The translations under genes were made by a program, and so were the position numbers. A stretch of 64,000 nucleotides of DNA from Selaginella moellendorffii (lineage: Eukaryota; Plantae; Lycopodiophyta). The notes beneath the pieces were generated by a model, which made no database searches, had not been told where the DNA came from, and was given only the letters and a program-made list of their open reading frames with translations. Below are positions 12,401 to 25,809 of this stretch, in pieces. Every line of letters starts with the position of its first letter. Within the stretch, counting starts at the first letter, position 1. The DNA lies in NCBI RefSeq assembly GCF_000143415.4, contig NW_003314348.1, positions 310,422 to 374,421 of the forward strand. The letters are read 5' to 3'.

Positions 12401-13673
12401 GTGTTAATTGGAACTATTGATGATGGTGTGGCTTGGTCAAAGTGACCAAGTGGGAAGGACACCTAAGGGAAATGAAATATGTCAATGCGATGGCATAGTG
12501 AGTCCGAGGAAAGTAGTCTCTATAAGAGACTCATGGGAGGGTCACAAAGTTAGGCCGTGGATAAAGCCCATAGTAGAAGATGCTAAAGAGACGTATTAGG
12601 GGTGAACACCCTCCGGACTTGGCAAAGGAGAGTCTTTGCTATGGAACCAAAATGATACCTCAAAAATGGAGGTAGCGATCCTATGTTGCTGGGCACAACA
12701 ATCAAGGATAGGAGAAAAAGACTAGTGGCTAAGAAAAGAACTATGGGAATCATGGGAAAGAATCCAAAATGCAAAGTTATGCCAAGAACACTATTGTTTT
12801 GGGTGCTAACGAATTGTGGGAAAGGCAATGTGTTTCCAAGGATGGATTCCCAATTGCTCCGATTTGACGAAAGTGGAAGCTCCAAAGGCAGGGAGCAGTA
12901 AAGTAGCCAAATGATAGGGACATGAACAGCCCTATCATGAATTAATATAATTGGAACTTAGTGCCAAAGGTCACACAAAATGGGAAAGATGATGACGGTG
13001 CCCTCAAATAGAGAACTTCCAAAGATGGGAAGTGGAGTTGCGTAATATGTGCAATACAAGGTGTCAAAGACACTTAGGAAATTGACTTTGACAAGTCAAA
13101 TTTAAAAGTTCCAGAGTGCAAGTTTATATCAATAGGAACTAAGGCTACTCAGGAGTGAGTAGTGGGATTGAGATAGAGGAGTTGCCTCTAACAGGTTTAG
13201 CAAGCACTAAACCAATTAAATGGAAAGAACCACCATAGGTGGTCGATCAAATCTCTACATCATAGAGGCTATGCACCTTAGAGGATGGGGAAGGCATGGT
13301 GAGTCTTTGGTGTTATACCATTGACGAATATTGGCTAGGTGCTAAGGATGGAAAGGGTAATACATGTTGGTGTTACTTTATAAAAATGGTTTACCGTTCG
13401 ATGAGGACATCGAAATTCGTCTATGGGTGGTGGAGTTGTGAGACACAAAATCCCTAGGCCCCAAAGTGGAGCCGAAAGGGTGCCACGTGGTAGTGGCCGA
13501 AGGGAAAGCAAAACGAGCGTAACACATTTGGACTAAAAGCTCTGACTTGAAAAGGTCGAGAGTGGGAGTGGAACTCCCAACGAAGTGCTCGAGGAACAAG
13601 CACGAGGCAAGCCATGAGTGAGTCTCTAGAAAAGGGGACACAAGAGGACCAAAACATGACATGTGGAAGTGTC

Positions 13674-14126
13674 CAAGATGGAGTCTGAGGTGGAGTTTGA
13701 GATGGAGTCTGAGGTGGAGTCCAAGGTGGACCCGAGATGGACCCAAGATGGACCCGAGATTGAGTCCGAGATGGACCTGAGATGGACCCAAGATGGAGTC
13801 TGAGATAGACCCCAGATGGAGTCCGAGATGGACCCGAGATGGAGTCCGAGATGGAGTCCGAGATGGACCCGAGATGGAGTCCGAGATGGAGTTCGAGATG
13901 GACTGAGATGGAGTCTGAGGTGGAGTCCGAGATGGACCCGAAATGGAATCCGAGATGGAGTCTGAGAAGGACCCGAGATGAAGTCTGAAGTCGAGATCGA
14001 GACCAAGATTGAGACCGGGACCAAGACCGAGACCGGGACCGAGACTAAGACCGAGTTCAAGTCTGAGTCCGAGTCCGAGTCCAAGTCTGAGTTCGAGTCC
14101 GAGTCCGAGTCCGAGTTCGAGTCTGA
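13674..14126 (+). repeat. GAGATGGAGTCC/GAGATGGACCC tandem array
   Basis: Visible 11/12-bp units grading into 6-bp units. Confidence 0.9.
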
Positions 14127-14205
14127 GAGGGTGAAAGCCCAAAGTGTTCATCTCCCAGACCCTAGGGGGTTTGGTAAGCTCCAAATGTATAGTGAGGGGG
14201 AGGAC

Positions 14206-15121
14206 TGCAGTGGAGCCAGTTTGGCCAGGAAAGGCCAGTTTGGCCCAGAAAGGCTATACCCAGTGTTGGGTGATGAGCTGCCCACTGGGAAGTCCAAGAC
14301 TAGAGTGAACTCAAACCGACAAGTGGGGTAGCTTGGTGAAGTGTTCAAGAGCCAGCTCTAATTCCCCCGGGAGATCAACTAGCCGATGCTCCCAGTCCAA
14401 GTGTGGGTGGCACTACCTACTTGGATACTTGGCGTGGCTCAATGGAACCTCGCTCTAAGCCCATGGCTAGAGCACCTAAAGGCGGAAGGTGGAGAGAGTA
14501 CCCATGAGGCCCGCATAGGGCCACAGTGTTCCAAAATGTTGTCCCAAGGTCCCAGACTAGAAAAGGAAGAGAAGCCGTTCTATAGTGTAGAGACCAAGGA
14601 TATGGTCATGTGAGGAGGAAGTCCCAAAGGATCGTGGGACTTAGTGGTCGGGCCTATGGGCCTTGATCTAGTGGCAGTGTTGGCGAACACGACCATGGGC
14701 AAAAAGGGACTTGGTGGGGACCGGAAAGGGGATATTGGGGAAGGCTATTCCCCATGTTTATGGGCATCCTAAGGATGCTAAGAAGTGGATTTAGGATGAT
14801 CACTCATGGACGGATGGCCTAGTCCTTGAGAGACGGGACTGTGATATAGATGGTGTCAGACCACCGATGTAACCAAGGTGAAGGGGCATGGCCTTAGCAT
14901 AACGGGCTGATATGTCGGTGGTACCTTGGGGTGTCGGTCATGGGATCGGACATGTGGAGCATTTGGACCAAGTGCAAAGGTTGAGTGGCGGGGATGCCAT
15001 TCTCGGGGCTAGCAAGCCCAAGTCCAAAATAGGACTTACGGAGGTTGTGAGTGAGACTCCTCCAAATGGTCGGAGGTGTGGTTATGTGATTAAAGTAGAA
15101 TGGAAAAATTAGTCGCTTACA
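14206..15121 (+). repeat. 3' LTR of copy Y (916 bp)
   Basis: TGCAG...AGTCGCTTACA after PPT. Confidence 0.85.
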
Positions 15122-18023
15122 ATTGCTTAGTGTAGCTCGACATATCTAACTTGAACACTTGGTGCAAGTGGCACCAAGGACGTGGTGAATGAGATGGGGA
15201 CACTCAGTCTCAGTTGCTATAGATCCTTAGCCAGAAGGGCTAGCTTGGGTGCACTGCGAAGTGTGGGGGATGCCCCTGGGGTCATGGTGAACAACTTAAA
15301 AGTCTGGAAGACCTAATGCCTATTGACAAACCTGTTAAGGTGCCAAGGTGTGATCACTAGGTGATCTTATGGCTAAAACAAGGACAAAGTCCTTGTGAGG
15401 TTAAAGGATAAAGTTCCTAGTTCAAAATGTTAATTTGAACTATTGATGATGGTGTGGCTTGGTCAAGGTGACCAAGTGGGAAGAACACCTAAAGGAAATC
15501 ATTTGTGACTATGGGGATTTCATAGTGAGTCCGAAGAAAAAGTATTTTCTATATAAGAGACCCATGGGAGGGTCATAAAGTTGGGCCAAGGATAAAGCCC
15601 ACAATAGAAAATCCTAAAGAGACGTATTAGGGGTGAACACCTTCTGGACTTCTAGATACCTCGAGAATGAAGGTAGTGATACAATGTTGCTAGGTGCAAC
15701 AATCAAGGATAGGAGCAAAAGACTAGTGGCTAAAAAAAGAGCCATGGGAATCATGGGAAAGAATCCAAAATGCAAAGTTATGCCAAGAACACTATTGTTT
15801 TGGGTGCTAACGAATTATGGGAAAAGCAATGTGTTTCCAAGGATGGATTCCCAATTGTTCCGATTTGGCGAAAGTGGAAGTTCCAAGGTAGGGAGCAATA
15901 AAGTAGCCAAATGATAGGGACGTGGATAGCCCTAACACGAATTAGGATAATTGGAACTTGGTGCTAGAGGTTGCACAAAATGGAAAGAGGATGATGGGGC
16001 TGTCAAATAGAGAACTTCCAAAGATGGGGAAGTCAAATTGCACAATATGTGCAATGCAAGGTGTCAGAAACACTTAGGAAATTGACTTTGACAAGTCAAA
16101 TTTAAAAGTTCCAAAGTGCAAGTTTATATCAATGGGAATTGAGGCTACTTAGGAGTGAGTAATGGGATTAAGATAGAGGAGGTGCCTCTAACGAGTTTAG
16201 CAAAAACTAAACCAATGAAAGGGAAAGAACCACCATAGGTGGTCGATCAAATCTCTATGTCATAGAGGCTATGTGCCTTAGAGGATGGGGAAGGCATGGT
16301 GAGCCTTCAGTGTTATACCATTGACGAATATTGGTTAGGTGCTAAGGATGGAAAGGGTAATACATGCTGGTGTTACTTTATAAAAATGGTTTACCGTTCG
16401 ATGAGGACATCGAACTTCGTCTATGGGTGGTGGAGTTGTGAGATATAAATCCCTAAGCCCCAAAGTGGAGCCAAAAGGGTGCCACGTGGTAGTGGCCGAA
16501 GCAAACACGTTTGGACTAAAAGCTCCGACTTGAAAAGTCGAGAGCGGGAGTGGAACTCCCAATGAAATGCTCAAGGAACAAGCATAAAACGAGCAATAAG
16601 TGAGTCTCTAGAAAAGGGACACAAGAGGACCAACACATGACAAGTGGAGGAGTCTGAGATGGACCCAAGATGGACCCGAGATAGAGTCTGAGATGGAATC
16701 CGAGATGGACTGAGATGGAGTCCGAGATGGACCTGAGATGGACCCGAGATGGAGTCCGAGATGGACCCAAGATGGAGTCCGAGATGGACCCGAGATGGAG
16801 TCCGAGATGGAGTCCGAGATGGAGTCCAAGATGGACCAAGATGGAGTCTGAGATGGAGTCCGAGATGGACCCGAAATGGAATCCGAGATGGAGTCCGAGA
16901 AGAACCTGAGATGGAGTCCGAAGTCGAGACCAAGACCAAGACCGAGACTGGGAGTGAGACCGAGACCGAGGATGAGGCCGAGCCCAAGCCCGAGTCCGAG
17001 TCCGAGTCTGAGTCCAAGTTCGAGTCTGAGAGGGTGAAAGCCCAAAGCGTTCACCCAGACCCTAGGGGGTTTGGTGAGCTCCAAAACTATAGTAGAGGGA
17101 GGACTGTAGTGGAGCCAGTTTGGCCAGGAAAGGCCAGTTTGGCCCAGGAAGGCTGTGCCCAGGTGTTGGGTGATGGGATAACCACTGGGAGGTCCAAGGC
17201 TAAAGTGAATACGGACTGTCAAGCGAGGTAGCTTGGTGAAGTGTTCAAGAGCCGGCTCTAGTTCCCCAAGAGATCGAATGGTCGATGCTCCCAGTCCAAG
17301 TGTGGGTGGCACTACTTACTTGGATACCTGGCGTGGCTCAACGGAACCTCGCTTTAAGCCTATGGCTAGAGCACCAAAAGGCAGAAGGTGGGGAGAGTAC
17401 CCATGAGGCTTGCGTAAGGCCATGGTGTTCCGAAATGTTGTCCCAAAGTCTTAGACTATGGAAAGGAAGAGGAGTGGTCCTCTGGTGTAGTGACCAATAA
17501 TACGGTCATGTGGTGAGGAAGTCCTAGAGGACAGTGGGACTTAGTGGTCGGGCCTATGGGCCATGTCCCAGTGGCAATGTTGGCAAACACGACCATGAGT
17601 AGAAAAGAGACTTGGTAGGGACTGTAAAAGGGATATTGGGGAAGGCTGTTGCCCATGTCTGTGGGCATCTTAAAGATGCTAAGGAGTGGATCTTGGATGG
17701 TCACTTCTGGATGGATGGCCCAGTCCTTGAGAGATAGGACTGCGATGTAGGTAGTGTTGGACCACCGGTGTGACCAAGGTGAAGGGGCATGGCCTTAGCG
17801 TAACAGGCTAGTATGTTGGTGGTACTTTGGGGTGTCGGTCTTAGGATCGAGCACATGGAGCACTTGGACTAAGTGCAAGGGATGAGTGGCATGGATGCCA
17901 TTTTTGGGGCTAGCAAGTCCCAAGTCCTGAATTGGACTTAAGGAGATTGTGAATGAGACTCCTTCAAATGGTCGAAGGTGTGGTTAAATGACTAAAGTAG
18001 AATGAAAAATTTAGTCACTTACA
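15122..18023 (+). mobile_element. Non-autonomous LTR element copy Z, 3' part (internal region, array 16650-17030, PPT, LTR 17105-18023)
   Basis: 15122 onward collinear with 6162 onward and about 12095 onward; LTR TGTAG...CACTTACA. Confidence 0.85.
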
Positions 18024-18849
18024 GTCAGCTGCTCGACATTCGGAATGGTCAGGACCAACTTTGGCCTAGACTAACTGGAATTATAGATTAGCAAAGAATC
18101 CAAACTCATTCAATGAGAGCCCAAAAGATCAAGGTGCCTTTTCTCTTTTTTCTTCTCTAGAGTTAGAGAGACTAACTAGTTTCATTAGATTGCAAGTCAA
18201 AAAACATTAATAGGTAGTGTGGTCCACTTTTCTTGATGCCTTCCTCTCTTTAACTAACTTACTCAGCTTGCCCCCTCTACTTTTCTTCTTTGGAGATATT
18301 AAGACTAACCAGATTGCAGGCCACAACCTTGCCAGTAGATGCTACTGTAGATATCCATTCCCTACAACAAGAGAAATGTGTTACAAAGCAAGTAGTCTCC
18401 ACTAAAATTCCTAGAAATCAAGGCAAGCTTTCTCTATTCTTCTAAAAGGATTTCTTGTAATGTGATTCCTTTGCATGTCTACCTGTGAGAACTCCAATGC
18501 GTGCATTCAAAGAGACCTCAATGCTGGACAGCTCTTTCTTCCAGAGTGAAGCCAAGATATGATACTCTACTTTGTTGGTGCTTGTTGTTTGCCTCTTCCT
18601 AGTCTTAATACCAAGGGATGTACCAAGGTTAGAAGCGCAAGAGAACCAAGTGTGTGCTGCTAGAAGCTGTTGTATCTCTTTAATCGATCTCTAAAGAGGA
18701 CAATTACCTGCAGAGAAGAAATGGCAGTAGCAGCACATCTTCTGGATCCACTAGGGAGGAAATCCAGGCAACCAGGTGCAAATATTCTAGTAGTGTTTCT
18801 TCAAATGACTTCCATTCTGGTCCAGCAAACATCGGCTCTCCTGTGGCTG

Positions 18850-21800
18850 GACTCGGAAGTTTTGGCTCTAAGCAACATCTAGAGCAGCCTCCACGATCTC
18901 CCCAGCTTGAACTTTCTGGCGAGCTGGGATTTCTCGCACGACCCCTACAGCAGCTTAAACGGGGTGGGTCATGTAACCATGCTCAGCCTAGTAGAAACTC
19001 TTAGCCCATTGGGAAGCTCACATATGAGGAGCTTGGCTCTCGTCTCAGGCCAATTTTGCATCCCAAACAGCATCGCCAGCCTCAAGGACCTCCAATTCAT
19101 CAGCCTGACCAGCAATTGCCTCTCTGATTCCCTGCCATCGTCCTTCTTCAAGTTGTGCAGCCTCCAAAGCATGGACTTGAGCTTTGACAGGGAGTCCACC
19201 GGAGGAGGTGGCGAAGCTCCCGAATCTCAACACGCTGATGCTCTTGCACAACTCCATGTCAGGTGTGCTGCCTGAAACGAACAAGAGAGTGAACCCTAGG
19301 TCAACTTTCCAACCCTTAAGGCATTACAGCCTTAAATCCCACAGGGCATAGAATATTCTTAAAATATTCCTGTGGTTTGTGTCATTCTCCCCTCCCTCAT
19401 GACCCAGCCACATATGGCAGCCTCAAGAAACTAAACAAGCCTCACATGAAGGGAGTCTAAAGCAATACAGCCATGGAGAAAAGATGTGCAAATGGATCAC
19501 AACAAACGGCCATGAAAGAAAGAAAGCAATACAACTTTCTCAAATAACAATACGGTAAAAGAATGAGAATAGAACAAATGTCTCAAATCATATAGTAATA
19601 TAGCTATAGAACTCAATTCTCCCGTTCTTCAAAAATGTCATCCAAGTCATAACCAAAACTTGGAAGCACTCTCTTCATGTCATCCTCAATTTCCCATGTA
19701 GCTTCGTTCATGGAATAACCATTCCCCTGAACTAACAACTTCCTAATTGTCTTCTAACTTATTTTCACGAATCTTTGAGCAAGAATATTGGCCGGACCAG
19801 CCTTCTCTACATCAATCTCTGGGACTTGGATGATAGACTGATCCACAACATCACTAGAGTGCAAACACACTTTAAGCTTGCTCATATGAAATATTGGATG
19901 AATCTTCGAACTAGTTAGTAAGTCCAAAGTGTATGCAAGATCCCCACACATTATAAAATTGTCCAAGGCCCACAATACCATGGAGACAACTTAGCACTTG
20001 CCACCTCCTTTCAGAGACCGTTGTGCATCCGACAGCTTAAGGAAAACTTTGTCACCAACTTTTTACTCTTGATAATGACAATGCTCATCAGCCAATCCTT
20101 TGTCTCGCTCTTAAGCTTGCCTCATATTTAACTTTGCTAACTCAAGCTTGTCTTGTATATCCTTCAGGAAATCATAAGCACGAGCTATCCGAACCAAAGC
20201 CAATTCAAACTCATAGGAGACCTAGGCTCATAGCCATACATCACCATAAAGGGAGACATGCCAATAACCGATTGATAAGTGCTATAGTGAGAAAACTAAA
20301 GCAAAGGCTAGTACTTTTCCCATACTCCTTGTCGAGTCAAATTTCCCACAAAAGAACAATATATCTTCTAATAGTTGATTCATGTGCTCTATTTGCCCAT
20401 CTGATTATGGATGCTCACCACTACTCATACTCATCTTAGTCTCTAGCTTCTCAAAAACCGTTTGCCAAAACTTGGACATAAACTTGAGATCCCAATCACT
20501 CACAATGTCTCATGGAAAACCATAAAGACTGAATAATCGGTCTAAAAACAAATGAGCAAGTTTAGAAGTTTTTATCATCATCTTCACTAGGAAGAAGTGA
20601 GCCATCTTCATTAAATGATCCACAACAACCCAAATAGCATCATTTCCTCGACAGTTTTGGGCAAACCAGTGATAAAGTCTATTGAGATGTTATCCCACTT
20701 ATTCTTGGGTACACATAAAGGACGATAGAGGCTAGCAAGCTTCTGATGATCAACTTTGACCATCTAACAGGTCAAATAACCACATAAATACTTCTTAACA
20801 TTTGATTTCATTCCAAGCTAAAATAAATGCCTTTTCACCAACATACAATACCCCCACACTTGGCACATCATGATACTCGACTAAAAATTGTTTGATGAGT
20901 TTGTCAACATGAGAAACCACTATACATCCCTTCTTCAATAAGATTTTATCTTATATCTCGAATGATGCAAACTTGTTACCCTTCAAATCTATAGAGGCAT
21001 CCCTCAACAAAACCTTTGTGTGAATATTAATGATAAAGGAGTTAAAGTTAGCAAATTCCTTAAGATTATCCAAGAGATCGCTAGATAGCTTCATGAACGA
21101 AATAAAATTTACCATCTTGGATAATGCATCAGCCACTTTATTATCACCTCCATGCTTGTATCGGATCTTAATAGACATTTCCCGCAGGAACTTTTGCCAA
21201 CAAGCAAGTCGGCCTTGAACATCCACATCCGGAGAGATTGATGATTTGAATCTATATAGAAGTTCAATCCATATAAATAATGTCACCATCCTTTCACAGT
21301 AGCAATTATAATATACAACTTCTTATTGCAATTAGGTTAATTTGCTATGTGGCATCAAACTTGTGGCTCATGAATGCAAGAGAATGCCTAACTTGAAGCA
21401 ATACAACCCTAAAAACACTATCACTCACATCATTGCCTTTAACTTCCATCACAATCACCTTATCATTCATTGACCCTTTCAAAACAATCTTTGCTCTGAT
21501 GTCCAACCTTGTGGCAATGAAAACAATTGCCCTTCGCCTTGTCTTTCTCTTGTTGGTCCAAACGAAGTTTCTTAACCTCGTTACCATTTTCATGTTTCAA
21601 GCCATAATAGAATAATGGCTATTTCTTCCCCGAATATAAAGCATTGGTGAGCTGGTCATCACGTTGACTACCCCATAGACCATCTCATTGACAAGAGTTG
21701 ACTGAGTTGACTGATGGTTTGGGGTGAAAAGATCTAAGCCTTAGTGATAGCATCAGTCAATGTTACTAAAAAATCTTTCCTAACTTTCTATTACACATCT

Positions 21801-22875
21801 ACTAAGCTTAATCCTTTGATGAAACATTACACCTTTATCAGCTCATTATAAGTGCCCATGAAACTAAAGCAAAAATTATGGAACTTGCGGGCATACGCAT
21901 CCAAAGACAGTCCCCTACCGAATCTCTAATAATTGGTTCACGAAATCAACCTCTTCAAACTTCTTGACAAACAAAGCATGGAAAACCTTTATCAAATCAA
22001 TCTAAGAAGTTAGCTTCAAATTAACTTTGATATAGTTCTTCCACCATGAATAAACATGGTCTGTAAGCTTCATCACAAAAAAATCAATCTTCATTTTATC
22101 CTCACAAAGATTGTAAGACTAACAACTTTCCCACAATTCCAACCAAAAATCAACCTCTTAACTATCACAAACATCTAGTGATAATTTCCATTTCACGATA
22201 CCATAATCTTTGGCATGCTTGATGTATCAATAGTAATTTAATTCAACCTTTAAGGGTTTATATGAAGCAAGAGATCCTTAATGAGATTGATACTTCCTTT
22301 ATGTCACTCTGAACCTCAAAAATCTGGCATCCTTGCCACACAACGATATCATCAAGAGTCTCTTCTTCATCGTCATAGCCATCATCACTAACACAATACT
22401 CCTCATCAAGATTAATATCTTACTCACTAAGAGAGTGAACCCTAGGCCAACCAGGCATTATGAATATTCCTATGGTTACCACTCTTCTCAGCCCTACTTA
22501 TCCACCTCGAACATCTAACACTGGCCATAGGGATGATACAAGCATTTCTCGACCTGAGCATCAACCAGTTCATCCGAGGCATCCTGCCAGAGATCTTTGG
22601 CTTCCAGATCAGCAACCTCCTCTTCCAGGGGCCAGTCACCACGTCCTTCACAGGCATCCCATCCATGGTGGATCTCAGCTAAAACTGTCTCAGGCTAGCA
22701 TTCGCGCAGAAGCTCTTCCTCAACAACAATTGCTTCTCTGGGGCGGTGCTGCAGGAGTTTGTGGACACCATGGTGGACCTCCAGGTCTTGTACCTCCAGC
22801 ACAACTACATCGCCAACATCAACCTGTTGTCCACCATCCTGTTGCCTATGATATACATCCATTACAATTGCCACA
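18850..22875 (+). pseudogene. Leucine-rich-repeat protein pseudogene (LRRNT + plant LRRs), split by a gypsy insertion (N-part about 18850-19280, C-part about 22490-22875)
   Basis: LAL..SLHDLPSLNFLASWDFSHDP, IPNSIASLKDLQFISLTSNCLSDSLPSS; C-part LFLNNNCFSG..LQVLYLQHNY..IHYNC; stops and frameshifts. Confidence 0.75.
19283..22480 (-). mobile_element. Degenerate, internally deleted Ty3/gypsy chromovirus (gag CCHC - RH end - INT - chromodomain; PR/RT missing)
   Basis: Minus strand: CFHCHKVGHQSKDC (about 21480-21530), GGDNKVADALS (20951-21289), IHPIFHMSKLK and EATWE chromodomain (19620-19980); terminal direct-repeat remnants 19283-19305 and 22429-22451. Confidence 0.8.
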
Positions 22876-25809
22876 GCAGTCGTCATCGTCGGATCCAAGT
22901 TAGAAACTGGCTATTTTTACAAAGGTGGTGGCAATAAATACCTGCAATTCAGAAGCCTTATTCTTGTTCATGGTTTTTTTTGAGAATGCCTGCTTGTATT
23001 TGTTCGCCCACAACGCACAAGGGATCCTTCCGGTGCAAGCTACATCGCCAGTATGACACTACATGGATTAGGCAGAGTGCCAGTGACAATGCAAGGGACA
23101 CCACGGTGGACAACAAGAATGGAGCTGCCATATTCTATTTAATAAATATTAGATAATTTTAATTATAGTGTCATCCAGTTTGTATTGACTAACAAATTGG
23201 ACTTGTCAGTCATCGTTGACGAACTCAATCAATTTTGCACCGTGACACGGTCAGTCAAGGAATCCAACTCTTTCTGTGTAGTCTCCTCGAGCTCCAGATC
23301 TTCAAGTGGAGCGCATGATCAGTGAAGAGAATTTCAATCCAGACAGTTGACTTCTCGCGTTTCGGGAATGTCACGACCCTAACAAGCCAGAGAATCCGTA
23401 TCCCCGCATTGCCTTGTGGGCTCTTGGAGAGGAAAAACTCGTCCCTTGTCAGTGCTCTCGAAAGATTTCGCTCGTATCTTGTGATTTTTCATCCAGACTC
23501 GAGGACGATGACGAGGTCATGCTCTTAGGAGCGATGAGACCGCATGGATCCAACACGGTCGTGGACTGGATCAAAGCAAACAAGATTAAACGGGTAAGAA
23601 CAAAGAAAATCTCTTTGAAAACAAGAAAAAAAAAAAAAAAACAACCGGTTTTCTTCCGTGTGGGATGTGCACAGACATTTGCCTGCTAGATTTCGTGGCG
23701 AGTCAGAAACCACGCGATCTCGCCGCCGCTGGAATCGTAGTCCACGCTCAAGGATGCTCCACATGTGATTTGCCTCTGGCGGTTGTGAAGGAAATTGGAG
23801 CTGTGGCGCATCCACATGTATTTGGGTGAAGATTATCGACAGCGTCCAGTTTGCAGCGGCAGAGATCCACCCAAATAACGCAAAGGAGGAAAGCTTTTGC
23901 CTGGTTACTTAAAGAAAATATGAATGACTTTTTAATGGAGAACTGAAAATAAGAATAATGGGGAATAACTAGTGGCAAGATTAGGAAGTTTGTCCAGCGC
24001 CAGGAAATCCAAAGTTTTCAAGCTTGGGCATAACTGTTAATGTGACAAACCACTACTTTCTCTTCTTTTCCTTCTGTTTAGCCACTTCTAGTTCTTGCTC
24101 AAGAGCAAAAGAATAACTAAGAAGAAGTTAGAAGTAAAACAAATGCAAGTGTCTAAACAGTTTATAACACTTACCAAATTAACAGAAGGTGACAGACCTT
24201 TGTCTCGAGCTGCACTCGGGATTACCTCCCGATCTTGCCTAAAGACGGACAGGAAATTTGCAAGAAATAAACTCCACAGGAAATGAGCAAAAATAAATTT
24301 AGCTCCATCAATGCAAGCAACCATGTAAGCGTAACTATTGATGCACCAGCGTCACTTGACATGAGTAAATTGAGAAGAAATGAAAGAAGTTGGGTGGAGT
24401 TGCTTGGATGAGCGCGGCTCCTATGAGTTTTGGAGGGAACACGCACCATGGCTTGTGGAGAGGACGTGCCATGCGAGCCATGAGACCACGTGATTTAGAT
24501 ATCAAAACAATGTGTGCTTTCAGATATAACTAACTATCAAGATGCAAAGATTAGTAAATCTGTAGATTATTAGGAAATTGCATCAAACAGGAACATAATT
24601 GCTGGAGCTCAAATTCCAGCACAATGATGGCTAGAATATCTACATCTCTCTCCTAATTGATTTAATAAATAATAAAAATAATAAAGAATAAATGTTAATT
24701 GATTGAAGAATATCTTAATATACTTGAATATTTTAGGTATATTTCGTGCTATATTGAAATACAGCTTTTGTGTTATGGACTAAGTCCTTCATGAGGGGAG
24801 GGTTTTCCTTCCTTGTCCGGGACAACCCGATCGATCGCTGATTCCCCAGTCAGAATCGTCGATCGGGGGTAATTATTAAAGTTTGCGTTACTGATAGAAA
24901 ATAAGAATACTAATCAATGGGGAAAGAGATAGGGTTTCACGGTTATCTACGCTCTGGGCGCACACGAATGGCAACACGGGAAGAAATCTTTAGAAATAAT
25001 AGTGGAAGAAATAATAGTCATTCCATGCTCAAGCTTTAAGTGCTGGCTATGGATCCAACATCTATCATCAACATGGGTGCTGGAATGAGTTTGGGCTGTT
25101 CAACAGTCCAAAGCAGAAGTTCGTAACTTGAGGCTGGTAACATTCATCGCAGCCACAACGTTCTTCAAGTTGTTTTTGCATAACACATACATCCTGTCTA
25201 GCTGCTATTTTGATCTGCGTATTGATCCATCCTTGCAGTTTTGTTATTTTGAGGTGGAAAGAAAGGATGATGCACTTCTAGGCGTGTATTTAAATTTGAA
25301 GCTCCTCTCCAATCGTGCAAATTTTTGCCATGATTTCGTCCTCGGCCATGAGTAGCTCTAGGTGTGTTTTGTCAATGGAAGGAGTGCAAAAGCTTTAGGT
25401 TTTGAGCATCTCAGCAATCTTGGATGCCATCTACTGCCTCTTTAGAAAAATTTGTCCAGCGCTGGAAAATTCTATTTGACAAGAAAGAGCATCCACTTTC
25501 TAGAGGTGATTAGAGTTGAAACAATGATGCACTACTTTCTCTTCTGTTTAGTCACTTCTTAGTTCTTGCTCAAGAGGAGCGCGTAAACTGGACACATGAA
25601 AAACCACAAAGTTTTAGGATTCTCAAATATCCCACTAAAAAAGTGAGATTTTTCTGACAAAGTGATATTAGATACTTAAATTATTTGATTCTCCTCAAAT
25701 GCCATTGTTTAACTTCATTATTTCTGGTTAGAAAAATTTAACTTTGTGGTGTTTAAAACCATTTTACCAGGAAAATGCTCCGGACAAAACTAACTGGGAG
25801 AGTCTTACC

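Larger units (their letters stand above)
8528..15121 (+). mobile_element. Complete non-autonomous LTR element copy Y (LTR-PBS-4.7 kb internal without recognisable gag/pol-PPT-LTR)
   Basis: Two homologous LTRs, PBS, PPT at 14191-14205; no RT/INT motifs in internal ORFs. Confidence 0.85.

Noticed and set aside
12583-12885. env-like transmembrane ORF in the LARD
   Set aside because: Hydrophobicity is expected from the T/C-rich strand; no signal or fusion motifs; neighbouring frames have stop density near random
13674-14126. CRISPR-like array or Glu/Ser-rich protein ORFs in the GAGATGGAGTCC arrays
   Set aside because: No unique spacers and no cas genes; eukaryotic context; the ORFs arise from stop-free short repeats and differ in frame between copies
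23985-25580. Short duplicated blocks (about 23989/25451 and 24051-24105/25530-25575) and small ORFs
   Set aside because: Degenerate local duplication with no assignable product
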